This document shows positions 27,165 to 36,412 of a stretch of DNA of 64,000 nucleotides, in pieces; within the stretch, counting starts at the first letter, position 1, and each line of letters starts with the position of its first letter. The stretch comes from a virus (Duplodnaviria > Heunggongvirae > Uroviricota > Caudoviricetes). Location of the stretch: the IMG/VR virus record IMGVR_UViG_3300037455_000816; one strand, written 5' to 3'. The notes under the pieces were generated by a model. It was not told where the DNA came from. It did no database searches and worked only from the letters and a program-made list of their open reading frames with translations. A program made the translations under genes and the position numbers.

Positions 27165-29075
27165 ATGGCAGACATCATCAAACATACGGAAATCGTCGGA
27201 GCGATGCAACCTACCAATGAGAAGGATTTTCAGGTCGGCTGCTACATCGTTGACAACCATGCCGAGAGCCTTTTCGTCATCACGAAAAAGGAACAGCATG
27301 AGTACCGCAACGGCGAAAAGGTGGACTGGTTTTCCTATGAGGGCATCAATCCTATCACCTTGGAGAAGGATGGCGACCGCCGCTCTTCCTCCATCAAGGA
27401 GCTGAACAGCTACTATCATGTGCTGGAGGGCGACCCCACACGCCTGCGCGACATGGCACACCGTATCATCCATGAGGGTGCTTCGGTGGAGGACTTTACC
27501 GAGTCCAGCGACACGTCGCTGATGGCCTTGGGAAACAAGCAGTCGCTCGTGGCCCTGCGTAGCCAGATCGATGCCGCCCAGAAAGGCGTGACAGTCATCA
27601 AAAACTACTGTAACCTCATGCACTGCCAGATGATGCACGAGATAGAAAAGAAGCTCTCCAAGGTACAGGGTGTAGTGGAGAAGATGAACCGCGAGATCAA
27701 GAAGCTCGATTATGTCATCCAGACCATTGAGACCTATGCCGGTATCAAGGAAGAGGTGCTGACGCTCATTGCCGGTGAGCCTGCCCCTGAGACGGAGCCG
27801 ATCGTCATCCGTCAGGCCGTCCTCTTCATGGACGAGGAATTTGCCCTGATAGATGATGATTTCGACTGGCAGAAGATCGGGAAGTTCGACGACTGGCTGA
27901 AAAAGGACGGCAATTTCAAGACCATCCTCCCCGATGCCAAGAGCATCGTGGCCATTAAGCCGCGCCGCACCGAGAAGAAATACTCCGACAACTGGTGGGA
28001 GAACGTCATCATGAACCGTCCGAACCACGTCACGCTATTCCTGATCCGTAACGGTGAGAACCTGTATCGTCTGGAGTCGGAGCATATCTACCTGAAAGAC
28101 CGTATGTTCCCTAATCTTGACGAGTACCAGAAGACCTTGGAAGAGGAACAGAAGGATTCCTTCTACGAAATGCACAAGAAGAATGACGAGCTGAAGAGCG
28201 ACCAGATGCGCCGCACCTTCACGAAGATCGCCTTCCTGCTCCAGGGTCTCGTTGACCGTAGCGACGTGTTCGCACCCCATCATGTCACCTGCTCCTTCCT
28301 GAAAATGGAAGGGCTGGATGACACCATCCGCATGGAGTATGAGCTTGACACCTCACACCTCCTTCAGGATGGCCGCCCGTCGGTAAAGGACTGGATGAAG
28401 ATGCAGAACGAGAGCGTCAGCGAAGGCAGCCGTATTCTCCTGCTGGATGCAGCCGGGATGAACGCCGACTGTTTCTTCCGCTACTACAACAAGGGCTGTG
28501 AACCCGCCTATCCTACGGTGGGCGTGTATTCCCTGAAGAAGAATCCGCAATACGACGAGAAGGCTAACGGTGATTACTGGAGGCGTGACATCAGCAAGTG
28601 CCTGTATGTCATCAACTACCTGCCGTCGGATGATGCCTACTCATGGGAGAACGGCTTCTCCAAGCGTAAGAACAAGGTGGCCATCGGCATACGCGGGCGG
28701 TATAACAACTATCTCGCCTACGACAACCTGAAGATCGAGGAGCTGGACTATTACCTCAACAGCCGTATCTACCGCTCTCAGTATTACGAGTTCGTCCGTC
28801 TCTTGAAGACGGCCAAGTCGTACATCGAGCGGGAACAGGCCCGCGAAGCGGAGTTTGTTTCGATGCTTGCAGGTGAGGTGATTGCCAAGGGTCTCTGTCC
28901 GAAGGACGGCCTGAGCCGTGAGGAGATAGCACAGAAAGCCCTCCAGACGGTCAAAGACCGCCTGAAATGGAAGCGTCCGATCTCTTCTAAGGAGCGTGAG
29001 ACATACACACTGGTACGCCGCACACTCTTCTCTGAGAACTATCGTAACAAGTATTTCAAACCTGTAAACAGATAA
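27165..29075 (+). CDS. large hypothetical protein
   Basis: 636-aa ORF with coding-like composition; no confident motif. Confidence 0.5.
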   Translation: MADIIKHTEIVGAMQPTNEKDFQVGCYIVDNHAESLFVITKKEQHEYRNGEKVDWFSYEGINPITLEKDGDRRSSSIKELNSYYHVLEGDPTRLRDMAHRIIHEGASVEDFTESSDTSLMALGNKQSLVALRSQIDAAQKGVTVIKNYCNLMHCQMMHEIEKKLSKVQGVVEKMNREIKKLDYVIQTIETYAGIKEEVLTLIAGEPAPETEPIVIRQAVLFMDEEFALIDDDFDWQKIGKFDDWLKKDGNFKTILPDAKSIVAIKPRRTEKKYSDNWWENVIMNRPNHVTLFLIRNGENLYRLESEHIYLKDRMFPNLDEYQKTLEEEQKDSFYEMHKKNDELKSDQMRRTFTKIAFLLQGLVDRSDVFAPHHVTCSFLKMEGLDDTIRMEYELDTSHLLQDGRPSVKDWMKMQNESVSEGSRILLLDAAGMNADCFFRYYNKGCEPAYPTVGVYSLKKNPQYDEKANGDYWRRDISKCLYVINYLPSDDAYSWENGFSKRKNKVAIGIRGRYNNYLAYDNLKIEELDYYLNSRIYRSQYYEFVRLLKTAKSYIEREQAREAEFVSMLAGEVIAKGLCPKDGLSREEIAQKALQTVKDRLKWKRPISSKERETYTLVRRTLFSENYRNKYFKPVNR

Positions 29076-29079
29076 CAGT

Positions 29080-29367
29080 ATGAAACATCATTGTGTCTTC
29101 GAGATCACACAGCCGAATATACATTCGGAATTGTATAAGGCGAGTTTCGTCGAGGACTACGGCGAGGACTATACCGCCGCCGATGAAATGTGTCAGTCGA
29201 TGAACAACTTCAGGCCAAAGGATAAGTTTGTGCATTTCCTCCTTCGCTGTCTGGAACAGGAAGAGTTTGATATTGTGCAAGACTTCCTGAAGACTAATCC
29301 TCACGGGGATGTCTCAGAGGTATATTCACCGTTCTTATCGGCAATAACAATTCAAACGAATATCTGA
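29080..29367 (+). CDS. small hypothetical protein
   Basis: 95-aa ORF. Confidence 0.4.
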   Translation: MKHHCVFEITQPNIHSELYKASFVEDYGEDYTAADEMCQSMNNFRPKDKFVHFLLRCLEQEEFDIVQDFLKTNPHGDVSEVYSPFLSAITIQTNI

Positions 29368-29368
29368 T

Positions 29369-29647
29369 ATGTCACGAGAGGATTATAAGAAACAGGTGGC
29401 AGCGGTGGTAGAAGAGGTGATAAATGCCATCAGCCAGCCGTATGGCAGTGTACCGTATGAGAAAAGTGACGGCACCAAGGGCGAGTACACCAGTACCGAC
29501 GATATAGAGGCCATCCGCAGGGAGTTGCTGACGTATAACATAGCGGATGATGATAAAAAGCTTTGTCCGGCATTTACCAGTCAGTACTACGCACACAAGA
29601 TCTGGACGCTGATCAGAGGTAACGACTTTATTCATTTGGCAATTTAA
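29369..29647 (+). CDS. small hypothetical protein
   Basis: 92-aa ORF. Confidence 0.4.
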   Translation: MSREDYKKQVAAVVEEVINAISQPYGSVPYEKSDGTKGEYTSTDDIEAIRRELLTYNIADDDKKLCPAFTSQYYAHKIWTLIRGNDFIHLAI

Positions 29648-29656
29648 TAAAGAAAT

Positions 29657-29953
29657 ATGAAAGCAGAGAACCTGAAGAAACTACAGAAGGCAGTGGCTAC
29701 TATCGAGGCCCTGCTGCCAGAATTGAAGGCCATCCTCCGCGAGGAAGGGCAGGCCGGTGCTATGAGTAACTGCAACAGTGTGCTGGCAGGCATGGATCTG
29801 CTGACCTTCGTACATGAGCAGAAAGGCAGCACCCGTCTGGTACGTGCCATCCGTCGTAACTTCTACGACGGCTTCTATAACCGCCGGAAGTTCCAGGAGG
29901 ATGACAAGGCGAATGTGAGAGAAAAGTTTCCTATCGGGGATTTTGTTACATAG
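29657..29953 (+). CDS. small hypothetical protein
   Basis: 98-aa ORF. Confidence 0.4.
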   Translation: MKAENLKKLQKAVATIEALLPELKAILREEGQAGAMSNCNSVLAGMDLLTFVHEQKGSTRLVRAIRRNFYDGFYNRRKFQEDDKANVREKFPIGDFVT

Positions 29954-30075
29954 TTCCGTCAGTATGACGTAAAGAGAAACGCCTGGCAGATGGGTACGAC
30001 CTCCGTCGTGGAGCTGCGCGACCTGCTGGAGCGTTTCGGTATCGAATGGAAATAACAACTTAACAGTATAGAGTT

Positions 30076-31011
30076 ATGGGTAGATTATTATCAAGACAGG
30101 AAGCAGCTGACTATCTGGGCGTGAACCGCCAGACCGTCAGTAACTGGCTGGAGTCCGGCATCCTCCATGATGTGGGAAAGAACCGCCAGACATTGATCGA
30201 CAAAAACTCCCTCGACAAGTTCTTTGACACCTACAAAGACCTCGCCGTGATGGAAGAGAAAATCGCCGCCGCCAAGGAGCGGACGGAACAGCTCTTGCAA
30301 GAAACGGAGAAACGGATGCTGGACATCCGCAAGGCTCACGGTATCGTCTCTATCGTCGGCGAAGATGCCATCCGCATACAGTTCCTCGAAATGATCCTTG
30401 CGCTGGCCCTCGAAGCCCGCTGCATCAACCACCGCGAGCATCGCATCCTCTGGGGTATCGTCCACCGTAAGCCGCTGGACGAGATCGTGGCCGAAGACTG
30501 GTCGGGCCGTGCCAATGTCATGCAGCTGGCCCATAAGGCCATCCATAAGATCGCTGAGATGAACGACTACGCCGACATCAAGCGCGAGCTGGCAGACATG
30601 AAGAAGAAAAACTCCCTTGGTGAGCAGATCATCAATGACCAGAATGAGGAGATAGCCCGCCTGAAGGCAGAGCTGGCTAAGTACGAGAAGCGTCAGGAAG
30701 AGGAATCGGATAACGATACCGATGACCAGGAGATCCTTGCCATGCGCCAGCTGCTGAAGACGCGCATCGTGGACTTGAACCTCACCGTGCGCTGTCTCAC
30801 CTGCCTGAAATCACAGGACATCGAGACGCTGGGTGATGCCGTCCAGTACAACAAGACGGATTATTTGAAATTCCGTAACTTCGGCAAGAAATCGCTCACG
30901 GAGCTGGATGACCTCTTTGACTCCCTCGGACTCTCTTTCGGCATGGATATCTCCAAGTATGTGAAGAAAGGCGCTAAACTCGAATATGACAGCTATGGCT
31001 CCCATTCTTGA
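30076..31011 (+). CDS. regulator-like protein: N-terminal excisionase/MerR-type HTH, central coiled coil, C-terminal RNA-polymerase alpha-subunit-CTD-like (HhH) domain
   Basis: N-terminus [26 protein letters not shown] (HTH_17-like); C-terminus [53 protein letters not shown] matches the RpoA alpha-CTD pattern (LSVRSxNCLKxAGIxTVGDL...NFGKKSLxEI). Confidence 0.6.
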   Translation: MGRLLSRQEAADYLGVNRQTVSNWLESGILHDVGKNRQTLIDKNSLDKFFDTYKDLAVMEEKIAAAKERTEQLLQETEKRMLDIRKAHGIVSIVGEDAIRIQFLEMILALALEARCINHREHRILWGIVHRKPLDEIVAEDWSGRANVMQLAHKAIHKIAEMNDYADIKRELADMKKKNSLGEQIINDQNEEIARLKAELAKYEKRQEEESDNDTDDQEILAMRQLLKTRIVDLNLTVRCLTCLKSQDIETLGDAVQYNKTDYLKFRNFGKKSLTELDDLFDSLGLSFGMDISKYVKKGAKLEYDSYGSHS

Positions 31012-31312
31012 AAGACTGCGCAAACAGGCGAAATTTCCAGCCGGGGAGGTGGCGGCATACCTTGGCATGACCAAGGAAGCCTACCTCGAAGCGGAGAAGG
31101 ACGAAAAAGCCCTTCCGCTGGAACAGCTGGAACGTCTGGCCGCGCTGTACCATGTCGAAGAGTACGACATCCTCACCGGCACGGCCAGGAGCCGTGCGGT
31201 GACCCGCTCTGTCCGTCAGGAAGCGGAGCTGATTCCCTTCTTCCAGATCGTGCGCTCGTATATGAAGATGACAAGACTATTAAAGGAGGCGAAAGATGGT
31301 CAACGTCCGTGA
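30995..31312 (+). CDS. XRE-family HTH protein (putative)
   Basis: [37 protein letters not shown] resembles the HTH_XRE helix-turn-helix and following helix. Confidence 0.45.
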   Translation: MAPILERLRKQAKFPAGEVAAYLGMTKEAYLEAEKDEKALPLEQLERLAALYHVEEYDILTGTARSRAVTRSVRQEAELIPFFQIVRSYMKMTRLLKEAKDGQRP

Positions 31313-31766
31313 AACACCCGTCGGCAGCTTTCTGAGTGTGAACCTCGGAAAGGACGGCCTGATGCTGATTCAGGTGGCAGAGGTGCTGCGCGACAAGATA
31401 GGCGGCATCGTTCTTAACAAGGTACTCGTGCCTGACCATCTGGACTATACCGTCGGTAAGATCCACTACTTCCCCCTGAAACAGGTGGAGGGCATCGAAA
31501 TCGACGTATTCAACCTCCTGCACCTGGGCTTCGTCACTGCCGACAAGAAAGGCTGGCAGCTCATGTACTACTACGGTGACATGAAGCTGCTGTACCGCTA
31601 CGACAAGGCACACCATCGCGGATCCTTCCGCTATATGTCGGAGTATGTCAAGACCTTCATACGTCTGAGCTGCTATCAGATACACCAGCTGCAGAATATC
31701 ATGCGCTATCTGACGGATGACCTTGAATTTGAGTATCAACCAAACATAAAAGAAAATGAAGAATAG
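31296..31766 (+). CDS. hypothetical protein
   Basis: 156-aa ORF. Confidence 0.45.
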   Translation: MVNVRETPVGSFLSVNLGKDGLMLIQVAEVLRDKIGGIVLNKVLVPDHLDYTVGKIHYFPLKQVEGIEIDVFNLLHLGFVTADKKGWQLMYYYGDMKLLYRYDKAHHRGSFRYMSEYVKTFIRLSCYQIHQLQNIMRYLTDDLEFEYQPNIKENEE

Positions 31767-32136
31767 TACCAACACACTGAACGTCATCATTGCCGGGAGC
31801 CGGAACTTCGATGACTACCAGAAACTCGAATCATCCTGTGACAACATCCTCAAAGATGTTGCCGCAGACAAGCAGATCACCGTCTTCAGCGGTGGGGCAG
31901 GAGGCACGGACACGCTGGGCGAACAGTACGCCCAAGCCAGGGGCTATCAGCTCCGGCGCTTTCCCGCCGACTGGGAACAGTACGGCAAGGCCGCAGGCCC
32001 CGTGCGCAATCACCACATGGCCAAGGAGGCCGATATGGTCATCTGCTTCTGGAACGGCCTTTCAAAAGGCACTCGTCACATGATCTCTACAGCCAAGAAA
32101 CTTGGCCTTGACCTCCATGTGATTCCCGTAACATAG
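31756..32136 (+). CDS. DUF2493/SLOG-family (YspA/DprA-like Rossmann) protein
   Basis: IIAGSRNFDDY...VFSGGAGGTDTLGEQYA...FPADWEQYGKAAGPVRNHHMA...ICFWNGLSKGT matches the DUF2493 family pattern (GSRxF, SGGAxGxD, ADWxxxGKxAGPxRN, FWDGxSxGT). Confidence 0.65.
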   Translation: MKNSTNTLNVIIAGSRNFDDYQKLESSCDNILKDVAADKQITVFSGGAGGTDTLGEQYAQARGYQLRRFPADWEQYGKAAGPVRNHHMAKEADMVICFWNGLSKGTRHMISTAKKLGLDLHVIPVT

Positions 32137-32201
32137 CATTTTTGTGTCATACGATATTTGTATTACTTGTGTTTATCAACACGTTTTTTTTTTTTGAATT
32201 T

Positions 32202-32230
32202 CCCTCCCGTCGTGAGACGCGAGGGTTTTT
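32202..32230 (+). terminator. intrinsic terminator (a 13-T run at 32184-32196 precedes the hairpin)
   Basis: CCCTC-CCGTCGTGAGACGC-GAGGG hairpin followed by TTTTT. Confidence 0.5.
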
Positions 32231-32349
32231 CTTTTCCAAAAACATCCAGTAATACAAAAAGGGGTGTTCTGGGAGGGTTTTTCCTCTCAGGCGGTAAGTT
32301 TATCACCTAAAGGTGAGAAAGGCGGCCTGCGGCCTTGGAAACGGGCTTT

Positions 32350-33210
32350 TTACCACATTCCCAAGTCCGCTTCTTCCTTCACCCGCTGCATGGCTGCATC
32401 GGTAAGGTTCGGGAAGAAGGTGTAGCCCGTCACACGCTCCACGTCGCGGATGGTGTTCACATAATAGTCCCTCGGTCTGTCGCCCTCGGTATTGCGGCAG
32501 ATGAAGGCAATGCCCTTGGGCGTTCCCTCCAGGCAAAGCACCACCTTGAAGAAGGCATCAGGCACCATGACCCTGTTAGGGCCGATGGTGTGGTGGTCGC
32601 CCTTCAGGAACAAAGGCCCGCAGGCGACATAGAGCCGCCCGTGCTTCTTTGCCCAATAGCGGCACTGCTGTTCTATCTGGTTCCAGAGGCCGCTGTTCAG
32701 CTGTTGGTTCTGAGGGCAGATGTTCGTCATCAGGAATGTCTCATACATCGCCTCCCTGTCCCATTTGTTGTCGCCCGCAGGACACATGTGTCCCCGGTCA
32801 TAGCCACAGCCCCTGTAATCCGCAGCATCGGCGCGTGGAGCCTTCACCTCCATGTCTTCATGGAAGGCATAGTCGGGACGCTTGACATCGCCGTCGGCAT
32901 GTTCGCGCGTCAGCTCCCAGAAAGCCCAGTTGGGGCATCTGGTTTCCCTGTTATAGGAAACAACATAGCTCTTGCGGTAGAGGATCTGGCCTGGCCGCCC
33001 TAATCGGTCAGCTGGCAGAAAACGCTCCAGATGGCTCGTTTCCACCTCTCGCGGCTCCATATACTCCACCTCATAGCCCTGCGGATCCTCTGAGGTGAGC
33101 GCACCTTTGAGGGAGGGAAGATACTGGCTCCCCTTCGTGGCCAGCGCCGCCACTCCGGCGGTAATCAGCAGGTACTTCGTCGTCTTGCGGATAAACCTTA
33201 AAACTCCCAT
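32350..33210 (-). CDS. secreted DNA/RNA non-specific endonuclease (Serratia NucA family)
   Basis: Signal peptide; DRGHMCP (DRGH active-site motif) and TNICPQNQQLN (NxxPQ catalytic Asn motif). Confidence 0.8.
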   Translation of the reverse strand: MGVLRFIRKTTKYLLITAGVAALATKGSQYLPSLKGALTSEDPQGYEVEYMEPREVETSHLERFLPADRLGRPGQILYRKSYVVSYNRETRCPNWAFWELTREHADGDVKRPDYAFHEDMEVKAPRADAADYRGCGYDRGHMCPAGDNKWDREAMYETFLMTNICPQNQQLNSGLWNQIEQQCRYWAKKHGRLYVACGPLFLKGDHHTIGPNRVMVPDAFFKVVLCLEGTPKGIAFICRNTEGDRPRDYYVNTIRDVERVTGYTFFPNLTDAAMQRVKEEADLGMW

Positions 33211-33400
33211 AGCAACAATCTTTAGAAAAACAATTAAAAACCCCGCCAGCTCGTGACGGGGAATTTACAATGAAAGAACACACTTAATCTGAGTAAAACT
33301 CGTCACATGCCAAGTGAAAGTGAATGTTTATATATATCGTATGAACCGTCGGCAAAGTTAATGCTTTCAGGCATGAAAACCAAAAAATCCAAAAACTGTT

Positions 33401-33425
33401 TCTTGATTTAACAAATTCAAGACCC
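33401..33425 (-). promoter_or_regulatory. copy 3 of the 25-nt palindromic motif, in minus orientation, about 185 nt upstream of the nuclease gene start
   Basis: Exact 25-mer. Confidence 0.5.
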
Positions 33426-33490
33426 TGACGGGATGGGAAACCCTGAAAGTTACCATGATCAGGAGCCGGAAACAGCCGTGAAAGCTCACT

Positions 33491-34125
33491 CCAAGGCAGG
33501 CCGTGAAGACTGTTGCGGGTCACTCCTGGCAGCCTTGCATACGACTGTCTTGCTCCGCTCGGGGGCGCATGGCTGCCTCGCCGATACCGACGGTCGTGTG
33601 CTGATGCTTTCCTCGCCGCCCTCCACGGTCATCATACCGGCCCTGTGTCGCCACCCCTCACACACCTCTTTCACCTTGGGGCGATGGCCGTCCCACTGCG
33701 TGAGAGCGTCAGGAAAGGCGTTTTTCGCATGACGGCAGGACTGCTGACGAGAAACCAGGTAATGTCCCGCCCTACGCCGATGACGGTCATAGATACCCGC
33801 TATCGTCGTTTTCCCACGATGGCATAGCCATGGTGAGGAAACCGGGTGTTACAATGCCCGCTTTCTCCGCACTCCCACACCGTGCGACGCTTTCCCTCGT
33901 GCTTTCCCGTAATGCTCCGTTGATGCCACCACACCCTTTGAAAAGAGGTGACGGCACCCTGAAAGGATGCCTAAAGATGTTTCCTATGCGTTATCGCTAT
34001 CGCTACAGGACATACCCGAACCAGACCGTCCAGAAGAAAGAGACCTTACCGTCATGCAAACGGATGATACTCATTCGCCCGCAAGCCGGACGGACACATC
34101 ATCTGGAAGAGCGGGGATGAAAGGA
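33491..34125 (+). ncRNA. GC-rich repeat X1 of about 630 nt: candidate large structured RNA (paralogous to 37939-38565)
   Basis: About 80% identity to X2 with blocks of near-identity. Substitutions are not biased to third codon positions; all overlapping ORFs are Arg/Pro-rich and sit in different frames in the two copies. The variable blocks keep local hairpins (X2 GCACAG-TACC-CTGTGC; X1 GGCACC-CTGAAA-GGATGCC). Confidence 0.4.
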
Positions 34126-34850
34126 TAACGGGCGATTCTCCTTCTCTTCAAGCAAAAAGACTGCGGTTCTCAGAGATAACCGCCTCATTCCGTCTTTCAT
34201 TGCTTGGAAGGACATCTGCCCGTTATTCACTCATCTTGTTTCCCGCTCTGGCGGCTGGCCCTTAAAGTATGTAGGTCGGAGGTCGGAAAGCTTTCGGACA
34301 TACCAAATACACCTTATTTGGCAGTTTTCCGCTTTTTCTTGGTCTGCACTCTGTTTCATGAAAGGTGTTCATCGTAAAGGTCACCAAAGGGCATCCTGCC
34401 TTCTTTGCCGGAGTTTTCCTCTATCTCTCATCATGTCATCCCTGCAGTCGTACTACTGTACTTCCTGGCTGCATCTGTCCTTTACTCTCTCCTTGGGGCT
34501 TTCAACCCTGTTTTCCCTCGTGGGTGGTCTTCTTCGTGAGCCGCAGCCCCGGCGGCTGTTACCTTACTATCTCTTTGTCGGTTCTTATGCTTCACCCTTT
34601 CGTGGGTCCCACTATGCCCTCTGGAAGCGTATTGACACCTTTTCAAGGGATCTGTTGGCGTTTAATCCTGTCACTCTCCACGGGATCATTAACAAAAGCC
34701 TGTCATCAATTGTTCCGGGCCTGACTGTCAAGTACTTTGTTTTTGGGCGATGTCACTCTTATTTTTCCTGTGCAAATTTAGCGCAAGCGATATTTGGCAA
34801 GTACCTCTCTGCTGCATGGAATTTCGCGTCATTATTTCTTCAGATAATTT

Positions 34851-34935
34851 GCGGCAGCCTTCCGCATTTTCTTCTTAACGCGGAGCTAAACAAAATACGG
34901 TTTTCCATAAATTTTCCTTGAAATTCCTTGGCCGT
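34851..34935 (+). repeat. partial copy E of the conserved leader element upstream of the SSB gene
   Basis: GCGGCAGCCTTCCGC...TTTTCCTTGAAATTCCTTGGCC shares the core with copies B and C. Confidence 0.4.
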
Positions 34936-35006
34936 TACATATCTTCTCCTTGCCAGCTCTTGAAGCACCGTAAAAATTAAGTTTAACATCTAAAAAAAGT
35001 ACAATT

Positions 35007-35363
35007 ATGAAGTCAGTAAACAATTTCGCAGTGACAGGTTTCGTCGTAAACGACGCAGTTAAGAACGAGTTCAAGAACGCCCAGGTGGCCAGATTCGGCC
35101 TGTCAATCGCCCGCACCGAGGGTAAGGGTGAGAACGCAAAGCGCACCAGCGCAATCCTCAATGTAGAGATCTGGCGCGGTAACAAGAACGCCGCCGACCT
35201 CGACCTTCTGAAGAAGGGCAACCGCCTCACCGTGAAGGGTTTCTTCAAGCCCGAGGAGTACGAGAAGGACGGCAAGACCGTTCAGAAGATCGTCTTCCGA
35301 GGAACCGAGATCACCACGGGTGATGATGAGGAGGAGACTCCTGAGACCACAGAGGAGGCGTAA
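35007..35363 (+). CDS. ssb: single-stranded DNA-binding protein (SSB-like OB-fold with acidic tail)
   Basis: OB-fold-like pattern (NFAVTGFVVNDAV...ARFGLSIA...SAILNVEIWRG...LKKGNRLTVKGFF...EITT) and C-terminal acidic tail DDEEETPETTEEA. Confidence 0.6.
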   Translation: MKSVNNFAVTGFVVNDAVKNEFKNAQVARFGLSIARTEGKGENAKRTSAILNVEIWRGNKNAADLDLLKKGNRLTVKGFFKPEEYEKDGKTVQKIVFRGTEITTGDDEEETPETTEEA

Positions 35364-35596
35364 GCCTCCCTCTTTCTTTCATACGATGAACGCTATTCTT
35401 TCATTTTAGTTTGACACTGAAAGGGCCAGCTGGGAAGCTCGCCCTTTTTTCATGTATGTACCGAAAGCCGGAGTTTCAACTGCCTTTTTATTGAAAAGTG
35501 TAGTTTTCAGGTCTGTTTCCCCATTGAAAAATGTAAAAACAGCAATAAAGAAGCAAACAACGGACGCTTGAAAAGCGTAGGGGAGGTGGTGCTTTC

Positions 35597-36001
35597 CCTT
35601 ATTCAAGTCCATCCACCGTATAGTCCTCCTGTCACCTCTTCGGGTCCGATCCGCTTGCGAGCCGTTCTTTTCCTTGCAAAGGTACAGAGGCTTCCAGCCA
35701 TGCCAAGTACCTCTCCCGTTGGTCGTTATTCCTGGCAAAAATTTGGCAGCAGCCTTCTCAGATTACTGCATAATCTGGGTATTCCGCTAAATTTTCACCG
35801 AAATTCCTTGGCCTTAGGCCGGCGGGCCAGCCTCGTGTGAAGTACCGCAAAGAAAAGAACTCAAGCGAAATCGAAGTCGAAAACGACTGATAGGATAAGG
35901 ACACACGGCAGACTTGATAAGAATTTCAAAAGAAAGAATCTAAGCTCATCTCAGCCGATAACTCCAACATCAGCGCAAGGGTAAACAAAAATATAAAGAG
36001 T
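35597..36001 (+). repeat. copy B of the conserved leader/ncRNA-like element (core plus long 5'-UTR-like extension) upstream of 36002
   Basis: Near-collinear with copy C (38840-39270): TTGCAAAGGTACAGAGGCTT...GCCAAGTACCTCTCC, GCAGCAGCCTTC, CAGAT-loop-ATCTGGGTATTCCGC, TTTTCACCGAAATTCCTTGGC. Confidence 0.55.
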
Positions 36002-36388
36002 ATGGCAATTACACCAAGAAACATCGAACTTGTCAGCGACAACGGCAGATACACAATCAAGGCCAAGCTGATCTCCGAATCGGATAGCTACACACAAGAC
36101 AACTGGCTACCTACCAAGACCTATAGAGGTTCACATTGGACTGCATCGATCATGGAGAACGGCAGACCTATCAAGGGTATTCAAGTGATTGACGGAAACT
36201 ATCAGCCTTATATCACGATAGACACTATCTGCTGCCACGGGATCAAGTTATCCAAGAACACTATCCTCTATCTGGCCTACACCACGAGGATGTTCAAAAA
36301 GGCTCTTTCGGACATCGACTGCAAGAAGGTGGAGCGAAAATATAATACCGAATATCTGCTTGCACGGATCGCAGACGGAACATTATAA
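36002..36388 (+). CDS. hypothetical protein
   Basis: 128-aa ORF. Confidence 0.45.
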   Translation: MAITPRNIELVSDNGRYTIKAKLISESDSYTQDNWLPTKTYRGSHWTASIMENGRPIKGIQVIDGNYQPYITIDTICCHGIKLSKNTILYLAYTTRMFKKALSDIDCKKVERKYNTEYLLARIADGTL

Positions 36389-36412
36389 TAACAACTTTAA
36401 AGTTTTTCAGAT

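Noticed and set aside
27147..28028. 293-aa - strand ORF
   Set aside because: Antisense to the 636-aa + strand gene, which has the better coding signal and operon context.
33433..34120. ORFs of 96-104 aa across repeat X1
   Set aside because: They are Arg/Pro-rich, and the X1 versus X2 substitutions are not third-position-biased.
34358..34921. 187-aa and 119-aa ORFs in the T-rich region between X1 and the SSB gene
   Set aside because: Low-complexity Leu/Ser/Phe-rich translation of a pyrimidine-rich non-coding region, with overlapping alternative frames of similar quality and no start context.
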